A stretch of 64,000 bases of DNA from NCBI GenBank assembly GCA_028280285.1, contig JANQMA010000017.1, forward strand, positions 64,993 through 128,992, given 5' to 3'. Positions 19,301 to 23,192 of the stretch are shown here, one piece after another. How positions within the stretch are numbered: position 1 is the stretch's first letter; every line of letters begins with the position of its first letter. The translations under genes were made by a program, and so were the position numbers. The notes beneath the pieces are model-generated. The model was not told the DNA's origin and searched no databases. It saw only the letters and a program-made list of their open reading frames with translations. Source of the DNA: Candidatus Omnitrophota bacterium (GTDB lineage Bacteria > Omnitrophota > Gorgyraeia > Zapsychrales > Zapsychraceae).

Positions 19301-20180
19301 CGATGGAGGTGTTGGTAAAACATTACGCGATCATTTTAATGAGTTTTCAAATTTGTTTGAAGCGCAAGTGTGGTCGCCTGGTTTGTATACATTGGCTGTT
19401 AGAGATTTTTCATGGACAGAAATAGTAGAGCATCATAGAGCAGATATGCTGAAAAGTATAGATGGTATTATGAATGGATCACTTAAAAATTTTGAAAATA
19501 TGTCGCAGTTAAAGAATTTTTTATGGTTGGTTTATAATTTTATGACGCAGATCAATATTTATCGCAATTTAGCTTCTTTCGATGAACTATTTGAAGAATT
19601 TTTAGAAAAGATGAAGCAATATAGCGACCGGGGAAAAGAATTTGAGAATCCTACAACATATGACCTTCGAGAAGTTAGATTGATTTATTATGTTTTAAAA
19701 GAAGATGTTAATGCAGAAGAAAACAGAAAAAAATTATCTGATACTTTAGAAAATATTAAAATAATTGTTGAAGAGATTGAACATAGAATTGAGCTTAAAT
19801 ATGAATCATTGAAAAAAAATGGTATGGAAGCTGATAAAGAACTAGATAAAATTTTTGAATCTGTAGAAGATGATTTGGGAGCTTTGACGAATATTAAGAG
19901 CTTCGAGCTTCGAGCTCCGAGCTCCGAAGTAGGTGGTATCGACCTTGACTCCAAACACCTTGACCTTCAAATCAAACGTGATGGGCGTGGTGTGGCGCTG
20001 CCGGTTCACATGCAAGATATTCCGAATATTCAGATCGATGGGCTTTATCCGGTGATTATCAATATCACGCCGGTGACCACCGTGCCGCTTATTTTCAGCC
20101 AAATCCTTGGGGAGCAAGGGGATACAGATCACGCCTCAGTAACAGATTATCCGCAGTTGTCGTATGCCATTAAAGAGTAG
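4362..20180 (+). CDS. Giant (5272 aa) secreted modular protein: signal peptide, conserved-looking N-domain, about 15 variable modules separated by DxASLG/DAAGL linkers, and a GGIDL C-terminal domain; candidate multi-effector protein
   Basis: Uninterrupted ORF; Sec-type signal ending FAQA; recurring linker; LDWGxGxG and PD-x-(D/E) motifs in modules. Confidence 0.85.
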   Translation: MIIKSRLKVIINKVLVSVVLTAFIMTSIVPVNFAQAQVTPPMALPAVGTLVPLSSAHTPVHLLGLTVSPDNPLAFDFLIHSGDNPPAEQTLKQEADTLIRYFLASLTIPEKDMWVNLSPYEEDRIIEDNFARTAMGRDLLAEDYMLKQLTASLLYPDGDIGKVFWRRVRQKAEALGLKDIPTETFHKIWITPESATVFEDGQTAYVVESKLKVLLEEDYLAYSEQRIANSSAQQSVDNSLNAKRHTLNADLMREVIIPEITHEVNYGAHFARLRQIYGAMVLATWFKQNLKQTLLGQIYADQSKVKGIDTVKEDAHKRIYAQYIDSIKKGAYNLIKEDYDPVAQRIVARKHFSGGFAPDAAAITTVKTESLNAADVTTQKQINDFAFNFDAAVAQKEVFNVQTSLAESKEDPAAMKGVIDSAVMNVQQQDGDYITQLDKTADAAGLSRKIQDLRTMPTATLQAYFSILKSDFMTGRTKYTYRQHSSILSEYWSKLSEHESELSNEKFYLQDRVGRFLDVTKYLEDLDQRGIKKIKLNGVDIFHHLSNLSEPGLNQEKMLEDILQSFAELKMIRPRTDPDQNKISNSIEFKEREIKHIFLASPDVNQFAPQEPLVLSVLLHQDGDFEIVEGFDITNEDSLRIVLEKGQRPSFHYPLPSRLGDSIRISLDPNDENSLVFDRLEAPTELVHFALTADAASLHHSARGRMRLSLDDFSLYTSLLNENLQSKYLWHIIIQLARHDLLTKGFWSNVLDFSESFIAYDGQELFNMLKESFTKKGHLYPQEYLAHAINSLATIKRLAHNHSNTFEFKPGETQNIVMKVIGNDKVEPFVLTARYDRQRQQFAFKRPSSNTEEVVSMNRKQIFEILDFYRIELRPRLSEDGWTAMLEMTNAHTYRELFTYAFTPQYPLVSVPSGLLWDYLTYLGQNKRKLYKTLGIFSVNVLLPVVFEGQKLKDINFDGKNLLSFDVRWPQYQFRPLMDTLKEKQLHDLKRNSNSAVDTYVFSKEVFNKLGIVNRSDDFHAIFDTLNSLRFVNHHQSSKQHALIPVSDKPKNVHIILRENENTQKELMDATVSKLADDLLSLSFNDKSVTDLVIIQDQQIRLTIDNEITLILRQIKGNLQITYITNDQSMRDIFRFTVGFDSASLGKEKDLVGVKGVDEDAENITISQFLENAPNTMVAAFKNGFKNRTDHFGLLKRLNNNEMTAKWILMADKVLRETAGAEITYRDFSLIDFLKQKGFSKLRRNTMFSPDLFITMDGKKYIGVYVGSKGLKSTLGQFSLSSVKRKWYKKILQMDGSGLEGIILLMDTDTPEYPVRELTPINEMKGFYAFPLFEKALIEAHHRKDDLIGFPSLLYAHNFNYAESYLNDLISDVHNSIALISRINYFSPQELADFKKDVAYYEARAQQYLNYAKEGFKEHRKVFDKYIKEYKQRKIPGIYKLEEMIFTRNIDIGNVLVTSLFVLQTAKTLEQLGFDIIEFETNLNRSTKPDIIVAKNGSKYIVEAHWREVSQSKFFERNSRGFKKPSQKRRYRQYVDAHSDFKGVILSSSYRFQTQKSNVIFKHKNDDKRTKRIFIDISDDQDLIARNIEQSFDEESLGYVDHQLLSDQKKDGFSDYASMSVINENFLKANLKPGKRLESFKDRLADYLNEQILFVQSAKSREKIYDQVDLFLSGIDSLIEEYFLDSIDVDEMLSEYGKELMADLMAAGGVKSVQEAAVLLQRLLVVAFEMNHRFLEFKNNNIKDADTAKRYIDQFLNPGILELARRAEQMYKKLKVAYDNFSVMEESYVQRRGSNESFELMIKRFKDAFFSEYGSETMQKAKASFSKGGVLQKLRDFKFSNDKLTQEQLDVLIEYETVVDEIDQTLRPISKYWEILITFYNDFANDVGAQVIPLNEGPSVSVNFNFHNQFSGLSGERTSLNDAAGLSKQAQAMTKLSLGPLERHLEVLEAFEEKGVLTYSLENYMEVITMGVNPNKIGDLLAAPFYQQTDHYWVRNFTQFIYESVGLEERQSDIRFNAKEIFERVKSDRLLDKNMISAILNDLAEFKYIKNPNYADSKKTFADIEFNPGESRQIFLVNPYSLNIYETITISHDKNSGSFAIAPHANYFSDAENGQDVERAILKKRGKISHEYRLLRSQELGYSIRISLNKKNDNALTFGGVHPKNGLLIFSSVFDEASLGQEDEPADPAVLKQKDIMQLAHFDPDLVARIKTNLFQVSEVPVIRDNPAFSVPFSKEDGFFEGINDLKALMYAVQKMKDSLENISPKLNAEGVGQLSPTIASIQNDFDFLVDVQNRLRLHEGVTDTMFVYKEGLQRLMEIVKFDNRGDLYVVYAGLVMTYLQYKYSNKIIYNDFDPTDSFKLKRFFDVYSMADRFDFPATVVQTINGIGSIADKIKVVRALNAWATMRTLAKGEQTPVYFETETGEQIKTVYLKPISFDASERDKLLMMEVKRDQSNVYSVRQKGKENWQVIEQDAPRTFGLMGVHVTFMIQKKVLHIENNSRHIFIASISESINGKTYDDAMLSEYAARKIIFSAKDFLIMNEILNQDYPDLAKRHRSMLFALVHGTPLTDIWLSRPKRFVEPNANFIVEEARVRAAENRPFNISPIGAKIYLGVDDNEKKKINRSLVADVLNTWGTLIRIHTQAAYSIPVFMEEGETRQLYVVNNETKEFIKLQINQMPGYFEVIDISNGKEGYGYWVFPDHDTENGDNKIYFANGKDYIILDEDQFDQLSVINETNADLTAFAVDQASLGKVVRAEEGRYVIQKNGVNVYSDVTERDMIDVFFNNTPDLERPVAEVALYRNSREDYYISWWGGWAINETSVNDQSQWFDWNTDKSLAVRKNKILYKYELESKINKLIEQRSDSREPLYILDWGFGDGTAIDELAQKFEHIENLYFIGYGMTHDSKWSTFGETFKRKNIIIFDHIWKLEKHLKKILKGNKLALVYSHFGLAHLLRDYPDDAREQIKTLMKYMKNGASLITNYYWNDSLPSKFAKGFRKKTISPNTFSAWAIVEIFNEDAASLGQEDESTDAAGLDMLAYIMSRRVFDPDIAKELEILHAQWANIVDQFINTSKYNKKSQRLVGPTGWTMFKRYGFNKNKELYLEYFQRLGDEGVIDSFSIKVTDGRLKYFAPGLHHHSASFFGQEYATDSAPPRSGSFVVRVYEPFSKELEEEIRKIFGEFLAQYGRTTGFENFVKDFDEGVMPTVGSQIKKNPGEAENIKKAYNDVRDILVRKNKDYWQKLPRLMARLQQILISGIYVKEVIHKDEKRFKDAPPARIYAYGDMGFEDPVAFIQHLNKTTPLVAKLLLGETYLDPTSGIDINDPRIAEVVEEQPYSEQGKPIDEANLGKTGESTDAEPESFDEEIKEDKDQAAITAVDVHGTRVPGGGIIWTRMPAQYFKVLRLRRGGKAYLRESSIKGLVLENALERYRHSDTPLQKVNNHLGIDLVDEIVQLDQLRQRENEPNRVITVLDWGGGSMQAIKDILNELKAQNIKNVRLIGSGHSTYLEWKDIPEGIEVIWDVAQKLHLYIAEGSIDIIYSHYGMYHLDEQLPQYLMYLEKLLSPRAKILIYPLDGDLSEQLPGWKLEIKRKHKNISRLDVKTHKKKFWSGLISRMIWPASQRVSVRNFAPFNYSYEFTPPSRISIKSKGSDPLEGLMISSWSDTPKERIILPKRSMSSLRRRVGGRDFASLERKDEAQIDAAGLDFNGKFSMASYGNNETDVMRLNRITKGKRLIERVQPQHFRLNSAGVNIYSSLQDEEIIDILSILDSEKIARIRLNNRNTTTDYHISWEKPWRMNRTPLDAVDMFAGLKFYELESRVETIINNRQDDAEPIYIFDWGFGAGTALKELSEKFDNIPNIFFIGFGDAYYEDWHTLPSNVIIIYDQAWRLEEHLSKILKGHKIDLAFSHWALSSHFLGDYFGPKRVYFLRLMDFLKPGASFVIDALNDSGAELGIRRDFNVQKIPVSNYYFGDIFEVKNEDSRSLGKEVADQTDAAGLGESVQNSVFGGQPEETDAANFNEYLFLSPELTLDYFVALLSNLGDKTVLSLTVYLLAPYIGAAQLTDEFKLTNPLANTLYDVVVAQLKEMFGKDELYPMDMRGYLDQLPLLSNDIGKHVLESLGSVRAMVHESELKHQPPISIGVGQSKKLILAERYYTDQTDMTTMHLLDVTRLSSNQFKLKAEGIDRQIDLKQESLMGLEMNYLDEQGQPFTMSVKMLFSNNGFQIYYTNDNLDFNTMIFALDYELINFVNEVGEPKPFQDNASLDKENEFQTDAAGLGSSDQWSRGQSEKFDAARLDKQQLKKISNKALGNMFWNDFYRALLLLFDKSITFYSQTDKGIKPYVWHKLVEHDPSVNLSLFAKIAVPGLDNVRVIDSKYDYVMSILDSFNPSAESFTKSMESIKEMLEDDNQQLGLAESKPIAHRHLIRRALYYFTREHDEARENEKKLVEVFDYGAKIINEIKRRNNIAQKTLKSHGVIVDASGAAKLNNGDRWAARPAALQKKPETRVVSDQKKGGDALDLSREKSLQMYPRKTLSNFDSIIHVLFEGYTQKFQSGQNPILWKTHARNLLENVSYYVNEHFIYPEVAMDTFVNKNKEFIEKLIDEGNERYLYSAFLIYKGLATMAAKDLRNIADSDRLFAQPRKNQPVRSFRNQAHKLAPLRRELERLQGRYVELREWAEFNLFFNDKFQKESQIVYAFEHHTQNLINVVGEVGYDGALTYGEVDQYAIQLQGDAYILEGVVRVLHDIKLKVERDSASLGEEVEFQADAAGLDLKNLEEISVDEMKKLFNALFSEVFYALFEGTLWSHEYENYNEIVEYDWERHNDLHNVKNIKVNINSAMTLFALRPNSNKEIDMALRSIDRFKNELRLIDYTNRESELDSLLDQMEGYKDFGLSEDEPIEYALLKPRFFYQALRADPNADENRIKMFTKVNNLKSVINEFKRRLEIEKKNLVVTGSESTDAAGLKSIDKQELRNMTDGGVGKTLRDHFNEFSNLFEAQVWSPGLYTLAVRDFSWTEIVEHHRADMLKSIDGIMNGSLKNFENMSQLKNFLWLVYNFMTQINIYRNLASFDELFEEFLEKMKQYSDRGKEFENPTTYDLREVRLIYYVLKEDVNAEENRKKLSDTLENIKIIVEEIEHRIELKYESLKKNGMEADKELDKIFESVEDDLGALTNIKSFELRAPSSEVGGIDLDSKHLDLQIKRDGRGVALPVHMQDIPNIQIDGLYPVIINITPVTTVPLIFSQILGEQGDTDHASVTDYPQLSYAIKE
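5021..5108 (+). repeat. Heptamer-arm hairpin in frame within the giant gene (AGCGAAY / AAACGCT)
   Basis: agcgtac agcgaac agcggat agcgaat ... aaacgct aaacgcc atacgct aaacgct. Confidence 0.8.
5685..19265 (+). repeat. Dispersed linker repeat in the giant gene (D-x-A-S-L-G-x6-7-D-A-A-G-L; GAYGCGGCGGGRTT / GCRAGTTTGGG)
   Basis: Full or half copies start at 5685, 6441, 7782, 10125, 10884, 12600, 13416, 14391, 15423, 16305, 17145, 18630 and 19251, all in frame. Confidence 0.85.
19898..19925 (+). repeat. Tandem heptamer GAGCTYC x4 just before GGIDL
   Basis: gagcttc gagcttc gagctcc gagctcc. Confidence 0.75.
20068..20180 (+). repeat. 3' end of the giant gene, copy 1 of the direct repeat
   Basis: 113 bp, 14 mismatches to 21360-21472 by manual alignment. 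Confidence 0.92.
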
Positions 20181-20268
20181 CGGCGAAGCAGTGCCTCTGC
20201 CCTAAATAGTACCAAGTTTTGGGTCGACACATTGGTCGGCTTGTACCTATCGGTGTTGTGAAAAATAC

Positions 20269-20318
20269 TTGCCAAATTTTACACTACATTATATTATTAT
20301 ATAAGATATGTAGTGTAA
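20269..20318 (+). promoter_or_regulatory. Sigma-70 promoter with overlapping palindromic operator
   Basis: TTGCCA-17-TATTAT; TTACACTACA-N20-TGTAGTGTAA at 20279-20318. Confidence 0.7.
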
Positions 20319-20330
20319 GGAGTGTGGACT

Positions 20331-20636
20331 ATGATTATTTTACAAGAGATTTTAGCTGATAGCAAAAAGCATTATCAAGAAGTCCGAAAGAAAATTCTCA
20401 AAAATCTTTCTTCGCTTCCCCAGGGGAGTGTCAAAAAACGTAAGATTTCTAAGCGTATCTATTATTATCTCCAACAGAGGGTCGGTTCTAAAATTATTCA
20501 TAAATATTTAGGTAAAGAAGAGCCGGAGGAGTTAATTAAAGAGTTAAAATTACGTAAGTCTTTGAAAGCTGAGCTTAAAAAAGTCGATGAGGCTTTAAAG
20601 GTTATACAAAAAGTCCAAGGCAAAAAGTATGGATAA
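20331..20636 (+). CDS. Small basic putative DNA-binding/antitoxin partner of the nucleotidyltransferase
   Basis: LPQGSVKKRKISKRIYYYLQ...HKYLGK; AAGGAG RBS; overlaps the next gene. Confidence 0.6.
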   Translation: MIILQEILADSKKHYQEVRKKILKNLSSLPQGSVKKRKISKRIYYYLQQRVGSKIIHKYLGKEEPEELIKELKLRKSLKAELKKVDEALKVIQKVQGKKYG

Positions 20637-21309
20637 TGTGATTGCCAAAATTCTGAAAGTTTTTGAAAATAATAATCTATTTGAAGAAGGCGTAGAGCTG
20701 ATTGGAAGCTGGTGTTTTTACTTGTATCAAAAACATTTAAAGGCTCCGAGTTTTCCGCTGCGAACACAGGACATTGATTTTCTAATTCCCAATCCATTTA
20801 AGGGCAAAGAGCATAAAGAGTTTATTCAGCAGTTGGAGGACTTGGGTTTTCAGAGTGAATTTAATCGGAGTGGATCGCTTTACCTTTGGAATGTGGATTT
20901 AAAAATAGAATTTATCACGCCGGCAAAAGGCAGAGGCACGGCCGATGCGGTAAAATTTAAAAAGCTGGGACTAGCGGCCGTACCTTTGAGATTTGTTAAT
21001 CTGTTGCTCAATGATCCTATTTATGTTACGGAGAAGGGAGTAAAAACAGCTCTTCCAAATCCTGCTAATTATTGCCTTCATAAGTTGGTGATTGCTAGCC
21101 GTAGAAAGACGAAGGACAAGCAAATGAAAGATTTACAGCAAGCCATATCTACCTACAGTATTGCTGATAAGAGGTATTTAAAAAAACAATTTAACAACTT
21201 TCCCGAAAAATGGAAAGCTACCGCTGTCAGTATGCTTAAAAAGAATCGAGATCAGCTGCCTCTTTTTGATGCGGAGATAGAGCAAATTTTAATTACACTA
21301 CAAAATTAA
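20629..21309 (+). CDS. Nucleotidyltransferase-fold protein (GSU2403/AbiEii-like), putative toxin
   Basis: LIGSW...LRTQDIDF NTase motif; PNPANYCLHKL...RR...KDLQQA. Confidence 0.72.
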   Translation: MDNVIAKILKVFENNNLFEEGVELIGSWCFYLYQKHLKAPSFPLRTQDIDFLIPNPFKGKEHKEFIQQLEDLGFQSEFNRSGSLYLWNVDLKIEFITPAKGRGTADAVKFKKLGLAAVPLRFVNLLLNDPIYVTEKGVKTALPNPANYCLHKLVIASRRKTKDKQMKDLQQAISTYSIADKRYLKKQFNNFPEKWKATAVSMLKKNRDQLPLFDAEIEQILITLQN

Positions 21310-21332
21310 TAATTTTATATAATGTAGTGTAA
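21293..21332. promoter_or_regulatory. Second copy of the palindromic site, at the 3' end of the module
   Basis: TTACACTACA-N20-TGTAGTGTAA, same arms and spacing as 20279-20318. Confidence 0.7.
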
Positions 21333-21359
21333 AATTTTTTTATAAGTTTGTTGACAGCG

Positions 21360-21472
21360 CGCCGGTGACCACCGTCCCGCTTATTTTTAGCCAAATTCTT
21401 GAAGATCAACAGGATACAGATCACGCCTCGGTGACGGATTATCCGCAGTTGTCGTATGCGATTAAAGAGTGA
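21360..21472 (+). pseudogene. Orphan copy 2 of the giant gene C-terminus (PVTTVPLIFSQILEDQQDTDHASVTDYPQLSYAIKE*)
   Basis: About 88% identical to 20068-20180, differences mostly synonymous; no start codon. Confidence 0.88.
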
Positions 21473-21576
21473 TTGGTGATTTAGAAAGTATATGATATTA
21501 TAAAATTCTAGTGGCTATTCCTCCCCAAAGTATGCTGTAACTTCAAACTATTCGATTTCCCTTACAATATTAATTT

Positions 21577-21606
21577 TTGACAAGTATACGTCAATGGCGT
21601 ATACTT
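21577..21606 (+). promoter_or_regulatory. higBA promoter/operator
   Basis: TTGACA-17-TATACT; inverted repeat AAGTATACG...CGTATACTT. Confidence 0.8.
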
Positions 21607-21625
21607 ACTAAGTAAGGGGTTGTGC

Positions 21626-21943
21626 ATGGAGATCATTGAAACGCCAATCTTTACAAAAATGATTGGGGATGTTCTTTCAGATGAAGAATATAGAGAATTA
21701 CAATGGGCATTGTTGCTTAATCCGAAGGTAGGTGTTGTTATCCCTGGAGGTGCGGGATTAAGAAAACTACGTTGGCATTTTTCTGGAAGTGGAAAAAGAG
21801 GGGGATTGCGTGTTATTTATTATTTCTATTCAGAAGACGAAGCAATTTATTTGTTGTTTTCGTATAAAAAATCACAACAAAATGCTTTAACGCGGGCACA
21901 AATAAAAATTCTAAGAGAGTATGTTAAGGGAGGTGTGCTGTGA
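21626..21943 (+). CDS. higB: HigB-2/RelE-family toxin
   Basis: IETPIF...NPKVGVVIPGGAGLRKLRW...GKRGGLRVIYY. Confidence 0.85.
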   Translation: MEIIETPIFTKMIGDVLSDEEYRELQWALLLNPKVGVVIPGGAGLRKLRWHFSGSGKRGGLRVIYYFYSEDEAIYLLFSYKKSQQNALTRAQIKILREYVKGGVL

Positions 21944-22230
21944 AAGACAAAGATTTTAACAATTTGTTGACGAGTATTGACCAGGCACGAAAGATACATA
22001 AGGGAAAATTAAAACCAAGCCGTGTTTTCATATTTGATCCAGTGATGGTTAAAAACATAAGGAAAAAATTCAAAGTATCTCAATCTGAATTTGCTTATAT
22101 GATTGGTGTGAGTGTGGCGACTTTGCAAAACTGGGAGCAGGGCCGCCGAAAACCTGATGGGCCGGCATTGGCATTGTTGAAGGTTGCAGAAATGAATCCT
22201 GAAATTGTGATGAAAGCTTTGTATGCGTAA
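21940..22230 (+). CDS. higA: HigA-2/NadS-like HTH antitoxin
   Basis: SQSEFA..IGVSVATLQNWEQGRRKPDGPALALL. Confidence 0.85.
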   Translation: MKDKDFNNLLTSIDQARKIHKGKLKPSRVFIFDPVMVKNIRKKFKVSQSEFAYMIGVSVATLQNWEQGRRKPDGPALALLKVAEMNPEIVMKALYA

Positions 22231-22245
22231 GGGGATTGAGGGGCT

Positions 22246-22327
22246 CAATCCTTGAGGAGAAAAAGGAGGTATGAAAAAAGCGGGTTTGCCTGAATACCCC
22301 CAATTATCATACGCAGTAAAAGATTAG
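22246..22327 (+). pseudogene. Degenerate copy 3 of the giant gene C-terminus
   Basis: ILEEKKE / frameshift / AGLPEYPQLSYAVKD* versus ILGEQGD...DYPQLSYAIKE*. Confidence 0.72.
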
Positions 22328-22395
22328 CCGCACCTCTTGTTGAATACAAAAGAATATGTTATACTCTATTAGAACATAAAAGAGGAGATAATATT

Positions 22396-22638
22396 ATGGC
22401 TAAAACTGTGACCTTAAGGCTTTCGGATGAGGAGTACCAAGCGATCCTTGCCTCCGCTCAAACAGAGCACCGGCCTATTTCTAACTTTATTACACATGCT
22501 GTGTTGGCCAAAATTAATGAATCCTTATTTGTGGATCCTGTTGAGATGAATGAAATTAAGTCTGATAAAGAGTTAATGAAGCGGCTTAAAAGTGGATCTA
22601 GTCAGGCCAAAAAGATGAAGGGAAAGTTTGTTGAGTAA
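22396..22638 (+). CDS. Ribbon-helix-helix (DUF1778/CopG-like) antitoxin
   Basis: KTVTLRLSDEEY...HRPISNFI. Confidence 0.72.
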   Translation: MAKTVTLRLSDEEYQAILASAQTEHRPISNFITHAVLAKINESLFVDPVEMNEIKSDKELMKRLKSGSSQAKKMKGKFVE

Positions 22639-22909
22639 TTTTCGCATATTTGAGACAGATCAATTTGCAGAAGATTTAGAACAAGATTTTTCCGGACAGC
22701 GTGAACGCATCAAAAAGAAGCTCCAAAGTTTTGTCTATCCACAGCTTCGTGATCAGCCTTATTTCGGTAAAAACATTAAAAAGTTACGTAATTTCTCTCT
22801 GGAAACCTGGCGATATCGCATAGGCGGGTTTCGGTTTTTTTATGAAATTGATGAGGAGCAAAAAATTGTTGTTATGATTGCGGCGAGCAATCGGGAAGGT
22901 GCATATTAA
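22628..22909 (+). CDS. RelE/ParE-family toxin
   Basis: FRIFETDQF...PYFGKNIKKL...WRYRIGGFRFFYEID. Confidence 0.82.
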   Translation: MLSNFRIFETDQFAEDLEQDFSGQRERIKKKLQSFVYPQLRDQPYFGKNIKKLRNFSLETWRYRIGGFRFFYEIDEEQKIVVMIAASNREGAY

Positions 22910-22941
22910 AAATAGAAATATATTTATCGAGGTATGTTTAA

Positions 22942-23106
22942 ATGGAAATTGATAGATCAGATCAAGGACGTATTGCGGAAAAGGTCATGAAAGAGGCTGT
23001 CAAAGAAGCGATTGAAGAGCAGCTCAAAAGAGGGGTTCCTGCCGTATTTATGCGTGATGGTAAAATCTGCTACCAAATGCCGGATGGGCGCATTGTCGAG
23101 GCCTAG
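22942..23106 (+). CDS. 54-aa small protein (below the ORF-track cutoff); resembles small partners of zeta-toxin-like ATPases
   Basis: MEIDRSDQGRIAEKVMKEAVKEAIEEQLKRGVPAVFMRDGKICYQMPDGRIVEA; GAGG upstream. Confidence 0.5.
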   Translation: MEIDRSDQGRIAEKVMKEAVKEAIEEQLKRGVPAVFMRDGKICYQMPDGRIVEA

Positions 23107-23192
23107 CCGATTCTTCCCTATTATTATATCTCCACCCATACCACACAATATTTGCTTGCATTCCAGGGGACTTTTGTTAGAATATCCGTCTC

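Noticed and set aside
20180-23106. Integron cassette array
   Set aside because: No tyrosine integrase and no recognisable attC (RYYYAAC...GTTRRRY) structure; the modules have their own promoters.
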